Of a stretch of 64,000 nucleotides of DNA, positions 43,527 to 55,067 are shown in pieces. The translations under genes were made by a program, and so were the position numbers. Every line of letters begins with the position of its first letter. The first letter of the stretch is position 1. The notes under the pieces are model-generated. The model ran no database searches, had not been told where the DNA came from, and saw nothing but the letters and a program-made list of their open reading frames with translations. Location: the NCBI GenBank assembly GCA_965247115.1, contig CBDFGR010000003.1, forward strand, positions 96,001 to 160,000. The letters run 5' to 3'. The stretch is from Myxococcota bacterium (GTDB taxonomy: Bacteria > Myxococcota_A > UBA9160 > SZUA-336).

Positions 43527-45305
43527 TCAGTCGTCCTCGGAGGACGGGCCTCGTCCTCCCAGCCTGTCGCGTGCCTCTCGCGAGAGCAGGTCACCGAGCG
43601 TCGCGCTCTGAGAACGCGACTGCGCGGCCACACGATCGATGGCCTTGCGCTCCTCTCGGTCGTGGATGGCGCGCATCGACAGCGCGATCTTCTGCTCCGA
43701 AGGGTCGATGCGAACCACAAGGGCCTCCACCTCGTCTCCCTCTTTGACCACCTCGCGGATGTTCTCCACGTCCTTACCCACTTCCGACGAATAGACCAGG
43801 CCCTCGATCCCCTCCTCGACCTCCACGAAGACTCCGAAGTCGGCGATGCTCGTCACCTTGCCGGTGATCTTGCTGCCGATCGGGAACTTCTCCGGAATAT
43901 CGTCCCAGGGATTGCGTAGCGTCTGCTTGACGCCGAGTGAGAACTTCTCGTTCTCCTTGTCGACCTTGAGAACGACCGCCTCGACCTCATCGCCCTTCTT
44001 GTAGAGCTCCTTCGGGTCGCGGATCTTCTGCGTCCACGAGATGTCGGACACGTGAATCAGGCCGTCGATCCCGTCCTCGATGCCGACGAAGACACCAAAA
44101 TTCGTCACGTTGCGGACGACGCCCTTGACCTTGGTTCCCGGCGGGTAGCGGTCTTCCAGCAGGGACCATGGATTCGGCTCGATCTGCTTCATGCCGAGCG
44201 AGATCTTGCGGCTCTCCTCGTCCACGTCGAGCACGATCACGTCGACCTCGTCGCTGATAGCGACGACTTTGGACGGGTGTTTGACACGCTTGGTCCAGCT
44301 CATCTCCGAGATATGGATCAGGCCCTCGATGCCCGGCTCGAGCTCCACGAACGCGCCGTAATCGGCCAACGAGACAACCGACCCGTGGATGCGCAGGCCG
44401 ATCGGATAGCGGGACCCGACATCGATCCACGGATCGGGCAGGGTCTGCTTCAGACCGAGGCTGACACGCTCGCTGTCTCTGTCGTACTTGAGGACACGAA
44501 CCCGAACCTGGTCGCCCACCTGGAAGAGCTCCGAAGGGTGAGCGATGCGACCCCAGGACATGTCCGTGATGTGCAGGAGGCCATCGATGCCGCCGAGATC
44601 GATGAACGCACCGTAGTCGGTGATGTTCTTGACGATGCCCTCGACAACCAGGCCCTCCTTGAGAATCTCGAGCGTTCGCTCGCGCAACGACTGACGTTCG
44701 GTCTCGAGCAGCGCCCGACGCGACAGGACGATGTTCCCGCGCCTCTTGTTGAACTTGATGATCTTGAACTTGTGCTGCTCGCCGATGATGCGGTCCAGAT
44801 TCCGCACTGGCCGCAGATCGACCTGGCTTCCAGGCAGGAAGGCCTTCACGCCCTTGAGACCGACGGACAGGCCGCCCTTGACGCGGCCGGTGATGAGGCC
44901 CTCGACGACTTCGCCCTGCTCGTACGCGTCCGATAGCTGGTCCCAGACGCGGAGCCGATCCGCCTTCTCCTTGGAGAGGACGATGACTCCATCATCCGTC
45001 TCCATGGTCTCGACGAGCACCTCTACCGTCTGGCCCGGCTCTATGCGTGCGACGCCGCTCTGGTCCGCAAACTCCCAGGTGGCGATCCTGCCCTCGGACT
45101 TGCAACCGACGTCGATCAGGACGAACTCGGGATCGGCGGTGAGGACGGTGCCCTCCACGACGTCCCCCTCTTTGATCATCTTCGCCGTGCCCTCGAAGAG
45201 CGCCGCGAAGCTCTCCTCCTCGGGAGCCCCAGCAACGGCGGCAGCCGCAGGAGCGGCGGGAGCCAGTTCGGCTTCAGGTTCTGTGGTCTGTGCTTCTTCC
45301 GACAT
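43527..45305 (-). CDS. rpsA: 30S ribosomal protein S1
   Basis: Six S1 repeats. AFLPGSQVD, NITDYGAFIDLGGIDGLLHITDMSW. Confidence 0.97.
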   Translation of the reverse strand: MSEEAQTTEPEAELAPAAPAAAAVAGAPEEESFAALFEGTAKMIKEGDVVEGTVLTADPEFVLIDVGCKSEGRIATWEFADQSGVARIEPGQTVEVLVETMETDDGVIVLSKEKADRLRVWDQLSDAYEQGEVVEGLITGRVKGGLSVGLKGVKAFLPGSQVDLRPVRNLDRIIGEQHKFKIIKFNKRRGNIVLSRRALLETERQSLRERTLEILKEGLVVEGIVKNITDYGAFIDLGGIDGLLHITDMSWGRIAHPSELFQVGDQVRVRVLKYDRDSERVSLGLKQTLPDPWIDVGSRYPIGLRIHGSVVSLADYGAFVELEPGIEGLIHISEMSWTKRVKHPSKVVAISDEVDVIVLDVDEESRKISLGMKQIEPNPWSLLEDRYPPGTKVKGVVRNVTNFGVFVGIEDGIDGLIHVSDISWTQKIRDPKELYKKGDEVEAVVLKVDKENEKFSLGVKQTLRNPWDDIPEKFPIGSKITGKVTSIADFGVFVEVEEGIEGLVYSSEVGKDVENIREVVKEGDEVEALVVRIDPSEQKIALSMRAIHDREERKAIDRVAAQSRSQSATLGDLLSREARDRLGGRGPSSEDD

Positions 45306-45315
45306 GTGGGCTTAT

Positions 45316-46155
45316 TCAGTCTCCAGTTCGCTCGACGTTTAGTGCCCTCGCCTGGGCGTGTTCCAGCTCATCTTCCAGCGCTGCTCGATCTCCGTGCTGC
45401 AACGCATCTGAAATTCTGTGGAGATCCTCTTCGAATCGGCCAATCTGTTCGGCCACCCTGTAACGGTTCCTGAGCAGAATCTCACACCACAGCTCGGGGT
45501 TGGCTCGAGCTATGCGAATGAAATCACGCAGTCCGGGACCCGCCAACCGCAAGACGTCCTGATCGGGCAGACCCCGCGCGAAGGCAAAGGCAATCACGTG
45601 CGGGGCGTGAGAGAGAACTGCGGTGATGGCGTCGTGCTCCTCCGGGGCTCTGCGAACCGTAACTGCGCCAAGACACTGCCAGAATTCGTCGATGCGGTCC
45701 ACTACTTCGGCCGCTTCGTGGCCTTCGGGAGTGAGGATGCAGGGCGCCCCGACGAACAGATCGGCCCGGGCTCGCGCGAAACCGGTCTGGTGGCCTCCCG
45801 CCATTGGGTGTGCACCCACACAGTTCTCGGGATTCGGTAGGATTCTTCTCGCCATCTCCGCCATCGGAGCCTTCACGCTGGCGAGATCTGTGATGAGTGT
45901 GTCGGGCCGGAGATGGGGGACCAACCCCTTGAGTACGCTCTCCATCGCCTCGATCGGGACGGCGAGCAGCAGACCGTCCGCCCAGCGTCCGGCTTCGGCC
46001 AGCGAGACCAGCTCGATCTCGCCAGCATCCGCGAGATTGGGGTCGACTCCTCGTACCTCGTCCGCCGCGCCCCGGTCTCGCGCCGCCAACGCCGCCGAGC
46101 CCCCCAGCAGTCCCAACCCTATGACGGCGAGGCGAGAGAACCCGGGGACGCTCAC
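45316..46155 (-). CDS. tyrA: Prephenate/arogenate dehydrogenase
   Basis: IGLGLLGGS, TDLASVK, HPMAG, HD....LSHAPH, GLRDFIRIA. Confidence 0.88.
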   Translation of the reverse strand: MSVPGFSRLAVIGLGLLGGSAALAARDRGAADEVRGVDPNLADAGEIELVSLAEAGRWADGLLLAVPIEAMESVLKGLVPHLRPDTLITDLASVKAPMAEMARRILPNPENCVGAHPMAGGHQTGFARARADLFVGAPCILTPEGHEAAEVVDRIDEFWQCLGAVTVRRAPEEHDAITAVLSHAPHVIAFAFARGLPDQDVLRLAGPGLRDFIRIARANPELWCEILLRNRYRVAEQIGRFEEDLHRISDALQHGDRAALEDELEHAQARALNVERTGD

Positions 46156-47270
46156 CCCCGGAGCTCGTCGGCCAGCGCCGCCAGGAAACGCTCGTTCTCC
46201 TCGGGAAGTCCCACCGTCACCCGCAGGTGTTGTGGTAACCCGAAGCCAGCCATGGCTCGGGTGATCACGCCGCGCCGCAAGAGGCCCTCGTACAGTGGAG
46301 CCGCCTCCCGGCCGGCGTCGACGAGCAGGAAGTTCGCGTCGCTCGGTGCGACCCCCAGGCCGAGTGCCTGCAAGCCAGCTTCGAGCTGGGACAGGCCCTT
46401 GTGTGTCAGGTCCCGCACCCTGCGCACGTGCTCACGATCCTGGAGGGCGCCGCGCGCGGCGGCCTGGGCCAGGCTGCTGACGTTGAACGGGTGTCGCGCC
46501 CGCGCCAGGTAGCCGATCAGCTCGGGATCACCGATTCCGTAGCCGACGCGAAGTCCTGCCAGCCCATAGACCTTGGAGAACGTGCGCAGCACGACCAGAG
46601 TCGGTCGCCCGGACAACGCGGCCACACTGTCGGGAAAGTCCGGCCGGCGCACGTATTCCAGGTACGCCTCGTCGGCAACGAGAACGACCCGCTCCGGCAG
46701 CTCGGCAAGCAGGGTCCGGAACGCCTCCGCCCCGATCGACGTCCCCGTCGGGTTGTTCGGGTTGGCCAGAAACAGGAGACGCGTTCGTTCCGTGACGGCT
46801 TCCAGAAGCGCAGCGACGTCGGCGCGCAGCTCGGCGTCGAGCGGCACCTGGATCGCAGTCCCGGCGACGCTTTGCGTGACGATCGGGTACATGGCAAAGC
46901 TCGGCCAAGGAAAGACGGCCTCGTCTCCCGGCCCGAGCAGGCACTTTGCGAGCAGCTCGAGAATTCCGTCGGAGCCTGTACCGAAGATCAGGCTCTCGCC
47001 TGCGATGCCCAGGCTCTCGGCCAGCTCCCCCCGCAGGTAATGACAGGAGTCCTCCGGATAGCGGTTGATGTCTTCGGCCGCGGAGAACATCGACTGCATG
47101 GCAAGGGCAGAGGGGCCGAGCGGACACTCGTTTGAGGCCAGCTTGATCGACTCGCGGATCCCGAGCTCACGCTCGAGCTCCTCGATCGGCTTGCCGGGGG
47201 AGTACGGCTCGAGGTCGCGGATGTGCGGGTTGACGAGCTCGCGCAGCTTCAGCTTCCGCTTCAGCGTCAT
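46152..47270 (-). CDS. hisC: Histidinol-phosphate/aromatic aminotransferase
   Basis: IKLASNE, NPNNPTG, DEAY, RTFSKVYGLAGLRVGY. Confidence 0.92.
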   Translation of the reverse strand: MTLKRKLKLRELVNPHIRDLEPYSPGKPIEELERELGIRESIKLASNECPLGPSALAMQSMFSAAEDINRYPEDSCHYLRGELAESLGIAGESLIFGTGSDGILELLAKCLLGPGDEAVFPWPSFAMYPIVTQSVAGTAIQVPLDAELRADVAALLEAVTERTRLLFLANPNNPTGTSIGAEAFRTLLAELPERVVLVADEAYLEYVRRPDFPDSVAALSGRPTLVVLRTFSKVYGLAGLRVGYGIGDPELIGYLARARHPFNVSSLAQAAARGALQDREHVRRVRDLTHKGLSQLEAGLQALGLGVAPSDANFLLVDAGREAAPLYEGLLRRGVITRAMAGFGLPQHLRVTVGLPEENERFLAALADELRG

Positions 47271-48358
47271 CCCGAGCCCTCAGCCTCCGGGTAGCTGCCG
47301 AGCACCTTCACAAAGTCACAGCGAGGTCGGAGCTGCTCGATAGCCTTCGCGACGTCGGGCTCCTCGACGTGTCCCTCGAAGTCACAGAAGAAGACGTATT
47401 CCCAGGCACGGGCGCGGGTGGGCCGCGACTCGATTCGGGTCAGGTTCACGCTGTTCTCTGCGAAAGGTTGCAGAGCCTTGTAGAGCGCGCCCACCTGGTC
47501 GCGCTTGATCGAGAACAGGAGCGACGTGATGTCGCGCGAGCTCCGCAACGGGGGCTGCTTGCCGATCACGAGAAAGCGCGTCGTGTTCTCGGAATGGTCC
47601 TCGAGGCCCGAGCGAACGACGCGCAGCCCATAGAGCTCGGCAGCGATCGGGCTCGCGATCGCTGCCGCACGCTCTTCACTCGTCACGCGCTCCGCTGCCT
47701 GTGCGGTGGAGTGAGTGGAGTGCTGTGGCACGTTCGGAAGGTTGAGCTCGAGCCAGCTGCGGCACTGGGCGAGCGCCTGAGGGTGCGAGTACACGACCTC
47801 GATCCGACTCTCGTCGCCGCTCTTCGAGAGCAGGTCGTAATGGACGGCGACGTGGACCTCGGCACAGATCGTGAGCGGCGAGTCGACGAAGAGGTCGAGC
47901 GTGTGGCTGACCACGCCTTCGTTCGAGTTCTCGATGGGTACCACGCCGTACTCCGCGCCACCCGCCTCGACGGAGTCGAAGATCTCCCGGGTCGTCGAGA
48001 CCGGCACCAGATCCGCCATCTGTCCGAACTGCTGAATGGCAGCCTGCTGCGTGTACGTCGCGGGAGGTCCCAGGTACGCAACACTCACGCCGCGCTGAAG
48101 CGAGATCGAGGCGGAAATGATCTCGCGGAATACGTTCCGAATGGCGTCTTTGGGAAACGGACCGCGGTTCCTCGCCTCCAGGCGCTCGAAGATCTCGAGC
48201 TCCCGCCCCGGCACGAAAGGCGTAGAGCCGCTTGTGGCCTTGAGCTTCCCGATCTCCGCGTTGCAGCTGGCGCGATCGTTCAGCAGGTCCAGGATCTGGT
48301 CGTCGTGCGCGTCGATGCGAGCGCGCAAGGCGGCGATCTCTTTGTCCCTCTCCGTCAT
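47267..48358 (-). CDS. pheA: Chorismate mutase/prephenate dehydratase (P-protein)
   Basis: LRARID..D (chorismate mutase), AYLGPPATY, VPIENS, SHPQALAQC, NTTRF, IESRP. Confidence 0.93.
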   Translation of the reverse strand: MTERDKEIAALRARIDAHDDQILDLLNDRASCNAEIGKLKATSGSTPFVPGRELEIFERLEARNRGPFPKDAIRNVFREIISASISLQRGVSVAYLGPPATYTQQAAIQQFGQMADLVPVSTTREIFDSVEAGGAEYGVVPIENSNEGVVSHTLDLFVDSPLTICAEVHVAVHYDLLSKSGDESRIEVVYSHPQALAQCRSWLELNLPNVPQHSTHSTAQAAERVTSEERAAAIASPIAAELYGLRVVRSGLEDHSENTTRFLVIGKQPPLRSSRDITSLLFSIKRDQVGALYKALQPFAENSVNLTRIESRPTRARAWEYVFFCDFEGHVEEPDVAKAIEQLRPRCDFVKVLGSYPEAEGSG

Positions 48359-48422
48359 TCCAGGCTGTTCTCCCAGTCTTGCGGGTCCCGGCGGTTGAGC
48401 GGTCGCGCGGCGCTCGCTGGCC

Positions 48423-48476
48423 CGAAGTCGGCGCGAGGCGCGCGAAGCCGGAGCGAAACGCGCGAAGCCGGCGCGA
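48423..48476. repeat. Degenerate 20-bp tandem repeat (about 2.7 units), same family as 7401-7488
   Basis: CGAAGTCGGCGCGAGGCGCG / CGAAGCCGGAGCGAAACGCG / CGAAGCCGGCGCGA. Confidence 0.7.
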
Positions 48477-48553
48477 CTATACCCCAGGGGCACATCGGTG
48501 CCAACTCGTTCGCAGGAATTTCTTTAGCAAAGACGGACTGTTAGGAGGTTGCG

Positions 48554-49348
48554 TCAGTGCAGTGCCGCCGCCAGACCCGACACGAACTCGGTCGCTGCAG
48601 AGACGGCAGCCGAGCGGCTGGTGGCCGCACCGATGCGACTGACGAGGGCGCTTCCGACAATCACGCCGTCTGCCAGACGACCCACCGCAGCCGCGTGCTC
48701 TGGTGTGGAGATTCCAAAGCCGACACAGACTGGAGTCGCGGTCACACGCTTGATGCGGCCCACGAGCAGCGACAGGTCGCTCGGCAGCTCGGCACGCTCG
48801 CCGGTTACGCCCGTCGTCGACACACAGTAGACGAAGCCTCGGCTGCGGGCGGAGATCTGCACGGTGCGCTCGGGGGTGCTCGTCGGCGCGACCATGAGGA
48901 TGCGGTGCACGCTGTGCGCGTCGCAGGCGCTCTGCAGCGCGGGCGCCTCTTCGTAGGGCGCGTCGGCCACGATCAGGCCGTCGACCTGCGCGGCGGCGCA
49001 GTCCCGAGCGAAGCGTTCCTCACCTCGCGCGAGCACGTTGTTCAGATAGCCCATCAAGATGAGCGGCGCGTCGCTTACCTCGCGCGCCGAGCTGCAAAGC
49101 TCCAGTACCTGGTCCAGGTTTGTCCCCTGCTCGAGCGAGCGGAACGAGGCGCCCTGAATGGTCGGACCCTCGGCGATGGGATCGCTGTGCGGCACTCCGA
49201 TCTCGATGATGTCCGCACCCGCGGCGAACAGCTCGGGGATTAGGTCGGCGGTGGTCGCGATGTCGGGGTCTGCGGCCGTGATGAACAGGATCAACGCCGC
49301 GCGGCCCTCGGCACGGGTCTCGGCCAGTACGCGGTCAATCCGGTTCAT
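48554..49348 (-). CDS. trpA: Tryptophan synthase alpha chain
   Basis: [45 protein letters not shown]. Confidence 0.95.
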   Translation of the reverse strand: MNRIDRVLAETRAEGRAALILFITAADPDIATTADLIPELFAAGADIIEIGVPHSDPIAEGPTIQGASFRSLEQGTNLDQVLELCSSAREVSDAPLILMGYLNNVLARGEERFARDCAAAQVDGLIVADAPYEEAPALQSACDAHSVHRILMVAPTSTPERTVQISARSRGFVYCVSTTGVTGERAELPSDLSLLVGRIKRVTATPVCVGFGISTPEHAAAVGRLADGVIVGSALVSRIGAATSRSAAVSAATEFVSGLAAALH

Positions 49349-51132
49349 GTCTTCTTTCCCAGCAGGTCACGCGCTTCGGCCGCGTCCTTGTCGCCGCGTC
49401 CCGACAGGTTCAAGACCACGAGGGCGCCCGCAAGCTGCGGTGCTCGCTTGCGCAGCGCGGCAATGGCGTGCGCCGACTCGAAGGCCGGAATGATCCCCTC
49501 CATGCGCGCGAGGTAGACGAATGCGTCCAGAGCTTCGGCATCTGTGGCCGCCACGTACTCGGCGCGACCAGTGTCCTTGTAGTACGCGTGCTCGGGTCCA
49601 ATGCCAGGGTAGTCCAGCCCAGCCGCGATCGAGTGGGCCGGAAAGATCTGCCCCGCGTCATCTTGAAGGACGTACGAACGGCTCCCGTGCAGGACGCCCG
49701 GGCTGCCCGCAGCCAGCGGCGCCCCGTGTCGTCCCTGCGTCAGGCCCTCGCCGCCGGCCTCAACACCGAGCATGCGCACCCCACGATCGTCATAGAACGG
49801 GTGGAACAGGCCGAGGGCGTTGCTACCACCACCGAGACACGCGACCAGCAGATCCGGGAGCCGACCCTCGGCGGCCAGGATCTGCTTGCGCGTCTCCTCT
49901 CCGATTACGGCCTGGAGATCGCGGACGAGTCGCGGATAGGGATGAGGACCGGCGGTCGAGCCGATCAGGTAGTACGTGCTGCGAACGTTGGTCGCCCAGT
50001 CACGCAGGGCCTCGCTCATCGCATCCTTGAGCGTACGGCTGCCGGCTGATACGGGATGCACCGTTGCACCGAGCAGCTCCATGCGAAAGACGTTGAGCGC
50101 CTGGCGACGCATGTCCTCCTCACCCATGTAGACCTCGCAGTCGAGGCCATAGCGCGCACAGGCGGTGGCACTCGCAACGCCGTGCTGTCCTGCGCCGGTC
50201 TCGGCGATCACACGCTGCTTTCCCATCCGTCGAGCGATCAGAGCCTGCCCTATGGCGTTATTGATCTTGTGCGCGCCGGTGTGTGCGAGCTCCTCGCGCT
50301 TCAGGTAGACGCGACAGCCCAGGTCCTCGCTGAGTCGCTCGGCAAGAGTGAGGGGTGTGGGCCGGCCCGCGTAGGTCTGTCGCTCGAGCTGCAGCTCGTC
50401 CCAGAAGCTCTGGTCCTGCGACAGCGCGTCGTAAGTCTCGCTCAGCTGCTCCACCGCGGGAACGAGAGTCTCCGGAACGTAGCGTCCCCCGTACGCGCCG
50501 AAGTATCCGAGCGCGTCCGGACGTCCCACGTCGAGCGGCGCGTGGGCTGCCTTGACGAAGCGGCGCACCTGCTCCGCGGACTTGCGACCCGGCTCCGACT
50601 CGAGCGACGACGAGGCGTCCACCCCGTGGGGCTGGGCTGCTCGCACCGCGGCGGCCACGTTCTCGGCAGACAGGCCACCCGCCAGCCAAACGCGTCGCCC
50701 GCGCGAGACGAGCGACCGGGCGAGCTCGAAGTTCCAGCTCTTTCCGCTTCCACCTCCCCCGGGGTGATCGATGAGGAGATCGGCGGCGGGATAGCGGGCT
50801 GCCTGTGCCTCGAGCGACTCGTCGCCTCGAAGGACCACGATCACGGGATATCGAAGCTTCGCAACGTAGGCCGGGGACTCCTGGCCGTGAAGCTGTACCG
50901 CGTCCAGGCCGACGCTCTCAACGAGCTCCTCGATTCGCTCCGGCGCTGCGTCCTGGAAGACACCCACGCGCAGAACGCGACCAACGGCCAGGCGGCTGAT
51001 CTCGAGAGCGCGCTCCGGGTCGAGCGCGCGCGGCGTTCCCGGGACGAAATTCAGCCCAATCGCGTCGGCCCCCGCCTCGATCGCGGCGCGTGCGTCTTCC
51101 ACGGAAGTCAGGCCACAGATCTTCACCTGCAT
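49345..51132 (-). CDS. trpFB: Fused phosphoribosylanthranilate isomerase-tryptophan synthase beta chain (TrpF-TrpB)
   Basis: N-terminal VKICGLT, VQLHG, LAGGL, GVDASS. From about aa 205: [46 protein letters not shown]. No internal stop. Confidence 0.93.
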   Translation of the reverse strand: MQVKICGLTSVEDARAAIEAGADAIGLNFVPGTPRALDPERALEISRLAVGRVLRVGVFQDAAPERIEELVESVGLDAVQLHGQESPAYVAKLRYPVIVVLRGDESLEAQAARYPAADLLIDHPGGGGSGKSWNFELARSLVSRGRRVWLAGGLSAENVAAAVRAAQPHGVDASSSLESEPGRKSAEQVRRFVKAAHAPLDVGRPDALGYFGAYGGRYVPETLVPAVEQLSETYDALSQDQSFWDELQLERQTYAGRPTPLTLAERLSEDLGCRVYLKREELAHTGAHKINNAIGQALIARRMGKQRVIAETGAGQHGVASATACARYGLDCEVYMGEEDMRRQALNVFRMELLGATVHPVSAGSRTLKDAMSEALRDWATNVRSTYYLIGSTAGPHPYPRLVRDLQAVIGEETRKQILAAEGRLPDLLVACLGGGSNALGLFHPFYDDRGVRMLGVEAGGEGLTQGRHGAPLAAGSPGVLHGSRSYVLQDDAGQIFPAHSIAAGLDYPGIGPEHAYYKDTGRAEYVAATDAEALDAFVYLARMEGIIPAFESAHAIAALRKRAPQLAGALVVLNLSGRGDKDAAEARDLLGKKT

Positions 51133-51911
51133 CAGCCCGTCCCCCGCAGCCTGGCCAGCTCTTCGCCCGGCTCAGGTGCCCGCATCAGCGCCTCGCCGAT
51201 CAGAAACGCCTCGACTCCCTCGGCCTGCAGCGAGCGCAGCGTCGCCGCGCTGTCGAGACCGCTCTCGCTGACCACGCTCCGACCGGCCGTGTGTGGCAAG
51301 AGGGAGCGCGTGACAGCGACGTCGGTGTGGAAGGTCTTGAGGTCGCGGTTGTTGATGCCGAGAATCCCGCCGTCGAGCGCGAGGGCGCGGTCCAGCTCCG
51401 GACGAGAGTGGACCTCGACGAGGACGTCGAGACCGCTCTCGAGGGCCGCGGCAGCGAGCTCGTGCAGGCGGGCGTCGTCGAGCGCCGCGACGATCAACAG
51501 CACGGCATCCGCTCCGGCGGCGCGCGCCTCCAGCACCTGGATCGGGTCGACGGTGAAGTCTTTGCGCAGCACGGGAAGCGTGCAGGCGGCCCGTGCCGCA
51601 CGAAGGTCCGCGAGGCTGCCCTGAAAGAAGTCGGTATCCGTAAGCACGGACAGCGCCGAAGCGCCAGCGTCCTCGTAGGCGGCGGCGATCGCGGCCGGAT
51701 CCGCGGCTGGCCGAATGGCCCCACGCGAGGGCGAGGCTCGCTTGAACTCTGCGATCACGCGAGGCCGCGTGCCGCTGCGCAGCGCCGCGGCGAAGCCGCG
51801 CGCGGGCTCGGCCGAGGAGACCAGCTCGCAGAGCGCCGACTCGCCAACGCTTCGACGCAGAGCGCTCGCCTCTTCTACTTTGCGAGCGAGGATCTCCTCG
51901 ATGATGCTCAC
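51132..51911 (-). CDS. trpC: Indole-3-glycerol phosphate synthase
   Basis: [33 protein letters not shown]. Confidence 0.95.
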   Translation of the reverse strand: MSIIEEILARKVEEASALRRSVGESALCELVSSAEPARGFAAALRSGTRPRVIAEFKRASPSRGAIRPAADPAAIAAAYEDAGASALSVLTDTDFFQGSLADLRAARAACTLPVLRKDFTVDPIQVLEARAAGADAVLLIVAALDDARLHELAAAALESGLDVLVEVHSRPELDRALALDGGILGINNRDLKTFHTDVAVTRSLLPHTAGRSVVSESGLDSAATLRSLQAEGVEAFLIGEALMRAPEPGEELARLRGTG

Positions 51912-52926
51912 AGTGCAGCCTCATCGCCGCGTGTGAACGCGACGAAGCTTGCCAGCAGCCGCTCTGCCTTGCCGGAGTCGATCGTCTCCGCCGCAAGCTG
52001 GACACCGTCCTCGAGGCTGGCGGTGCGCTCGGCCGCGCAGAGCCCGGCTGCCGCGTTCAAGAGCACGACGTCGCGCCGCGGGCCGCGTTCCCCGGAGAGG
52101 ATGGCGCGCGCGATCTCGGCGTTCTCGTCGGCGTCTCCTCCGACCAGCTGCTCGGGATCCGCCGCCGGCACGATCTCGTCGGGTTGCAGCCTGCGCTCCT
52201 GGGTCTGACCCGCTTCGTAGCTGAGCACTCGAGTCGGCGCGGAGATCGAAATCTCGTCCAGCCCGTCTTCGCCATGAACGACCCAGGCACGGCTAGTACC
52301 GAGCTCGATCAGCGCTTGCAGCATCGCATCCATGTGATCCTGCACCGCGACACCGACGACCTGTCTGCGTACGCCCATCGGGTTCGTGAGCGGTCCCAGG
52401 CGGTTGAAGAGGGTCCGAATGCCGAGGGCCGAGCGGATCGGCGCAACCCGGGCCATGGCCGGATGGCAGGCGGGCGCAAACAGAAAGCCGATCCCGACGT
52501 CCTGCACGGACTGAGCCATCAGGTCGGGTGGCGCGTCCAGGTCCACGCCGAGCGCCGCCAGTACCTCGGCGCTCCCGCAGCGACTGCTCGCCGCGCGGTT
52601 GCCATGTTTCGCCACCGGCACGCCGGCGCCCGCCACCACCAGGGCAGAGACCGTCGAGATGTTGAAGGTGTTCGAGCCGTCTCCTCCGGTGCCGCACGTA
52701 TCGATCGCGCCCTCGGGTGCCTCGGGCAGCTCCACTGCGAGCTCGCGCATCGCCTGCGCAGCGCCGATCAGCTCTTCCACGCTCTCGCCGCGCGTGCGCA
52801 TGGCCGCGAGCAGACCCGCGATCTCCAGCTCGTTGCCATCGCCCTGCATGATGGCGCGTACGAGCTCGTTCGCCTCACCGCGCTTCAAGACCTCGCCATC
52901 GACCACTCGCTCGAGAACGTCTGGGA

Positions 52927-52930
<4 letters not shown>
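51908..52930 (-). CDS. trpD: Anthranilate phosphoribosyltransferase
   Basis: [34 protein letters not shown]. Confidence 0.95.
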
Positions 52931-53513
<583 letters not shown>

Positions 53514-53517
<4 letters not shown>

Positions 53518-55016
53518 GCTCGTTCGCCTCGACCTGCAAGCTCCACCGCCTGGAGCGGGCCCCTGGCCTTGTGCAGGGACTCCTGATACTCGAGCTCCGG
53601 ATCCGAGTCCGCAACGACGCCGCCCCCCGCCTGGATGTAGACCTGACCGTCCTTGATCAGCAGCGTCCGGATCGCGATACACATATCCATGTTACCGCGG
53701 TAGTCGATGTAGCCCACGCTTCCACCATACAAACCGCGCCGCTCGGGCTCTAGCTCCTCGATGATTTCCATGGCGCGGATCTTCGGCGCTCCCGTAAGCG
53801 TACCGGCCGGGAATGTGGCTCGGAGCAGGTCGATCGCGTCGCACTCCGGCCGCAGCTTGCCCCGCACGTTCGAGACGATGTGCATGACGTGCGAGTAGCG
53901 TTCGATCACCTGGAACTCGTCCACCTCCACCGAGCCGATCTCCGATACGCGCCCGATATCGTTGCGGCCGAGATCGACGAGCATCAGGTGCTCGGCGAGC
54001 TCTTTCGGGTCTGAGAGCAGCTCGGCCTCGAGGCTGCGATCCTGCTCTGGCGTCGCGCCACGTGGCCGCGTTCCGGCAATCGGCCGCAGCTCGATGTTGT
54101 CCCCTTCCAGACGCACGAGAATCTCCGGCGACGATCCGGTCACGACGTGATCGCCGCAGCGCAGAAAGAAGAGGTAAGGCGACGGGTTGACCACCCGAAG
54201 CTGGCGATAGATGGAGACTGGATCGGTCTCCAGGGGAACCCTGAGTCGCTGCGACGGCACTACCTGGAAGATGTCGCCCGCCTGGATGTACTCCTTCGCC
54301 CTCTTCACCACCTCGCAGTAGCGCTCCCGGGTGGTGTTCGAGCGGACCTGCGTGTCGCCCTCAGGGGGAGCCTCGGTGGTGACGTCCGCGGGACGAAGCG
54401 GCTGAGCGAGGCGCTCCAGCACGCGCTCGATCTCGGCCAGGCCTTCTGCGTACGCGGCATCGGTCTGCCTCGGGTCCGCGACGCGGACGGGGTGAATGAT
54501 CATGAGTCGCTGGAGCTTGCGATCGTGCACGAGCACGGTCCGCGGCACCGTGAAGAAGCAGTCCGGGACGCCAAGCGTGTCGGGATTCTCCTCCGGCAAG
54601 CGCTCCACGTAGCGCACCCAGTCGTAGCTCAGATAGCCGACGGCACCGCCAGCAAAGCGTGGCAGCCCCGGCAGCTCCACCGGCCGCAGCTCCGCGATGA
54701 GCGTGCGCAGCCGGCTGAGCGGATCCACCGAGTGGTCCCGAGGGAGCTCGACGGTCTCCGTCTCGCCATCACGCGTGACCTCGACGCGTCCCTTCCGCGC
54801 GATCAGCGTCGCGCAGGCGCCGAAACCGATGAAGCTGAAGCGCCCCCAGTGCTCCTCGCCCTCGGCGGACTCGAACAGAAACGTCGTCTCGCCATCGTCG
54901 ACTTTCAAAAAGGTCGCGAGCGGCGTGTCGAGGTCGGCTAGAACCTCGCGTACGAGGGGGACGACGGCCCCTCGGGCAGCGAGCGCCCGAAAGGAAGCAA
55001 GATCGGGCCGAACCAT
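53514..55016 (-). CDS. trpE: Anthranilate synthase component I
   Basis: [52 protein letters not shown]. Confidence 0.95.
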
Positions 55017-55067
55017 GGAACTGACCTCATGGCCGCGGAATTTCCCACACTGCCCACCGAACGTCAA

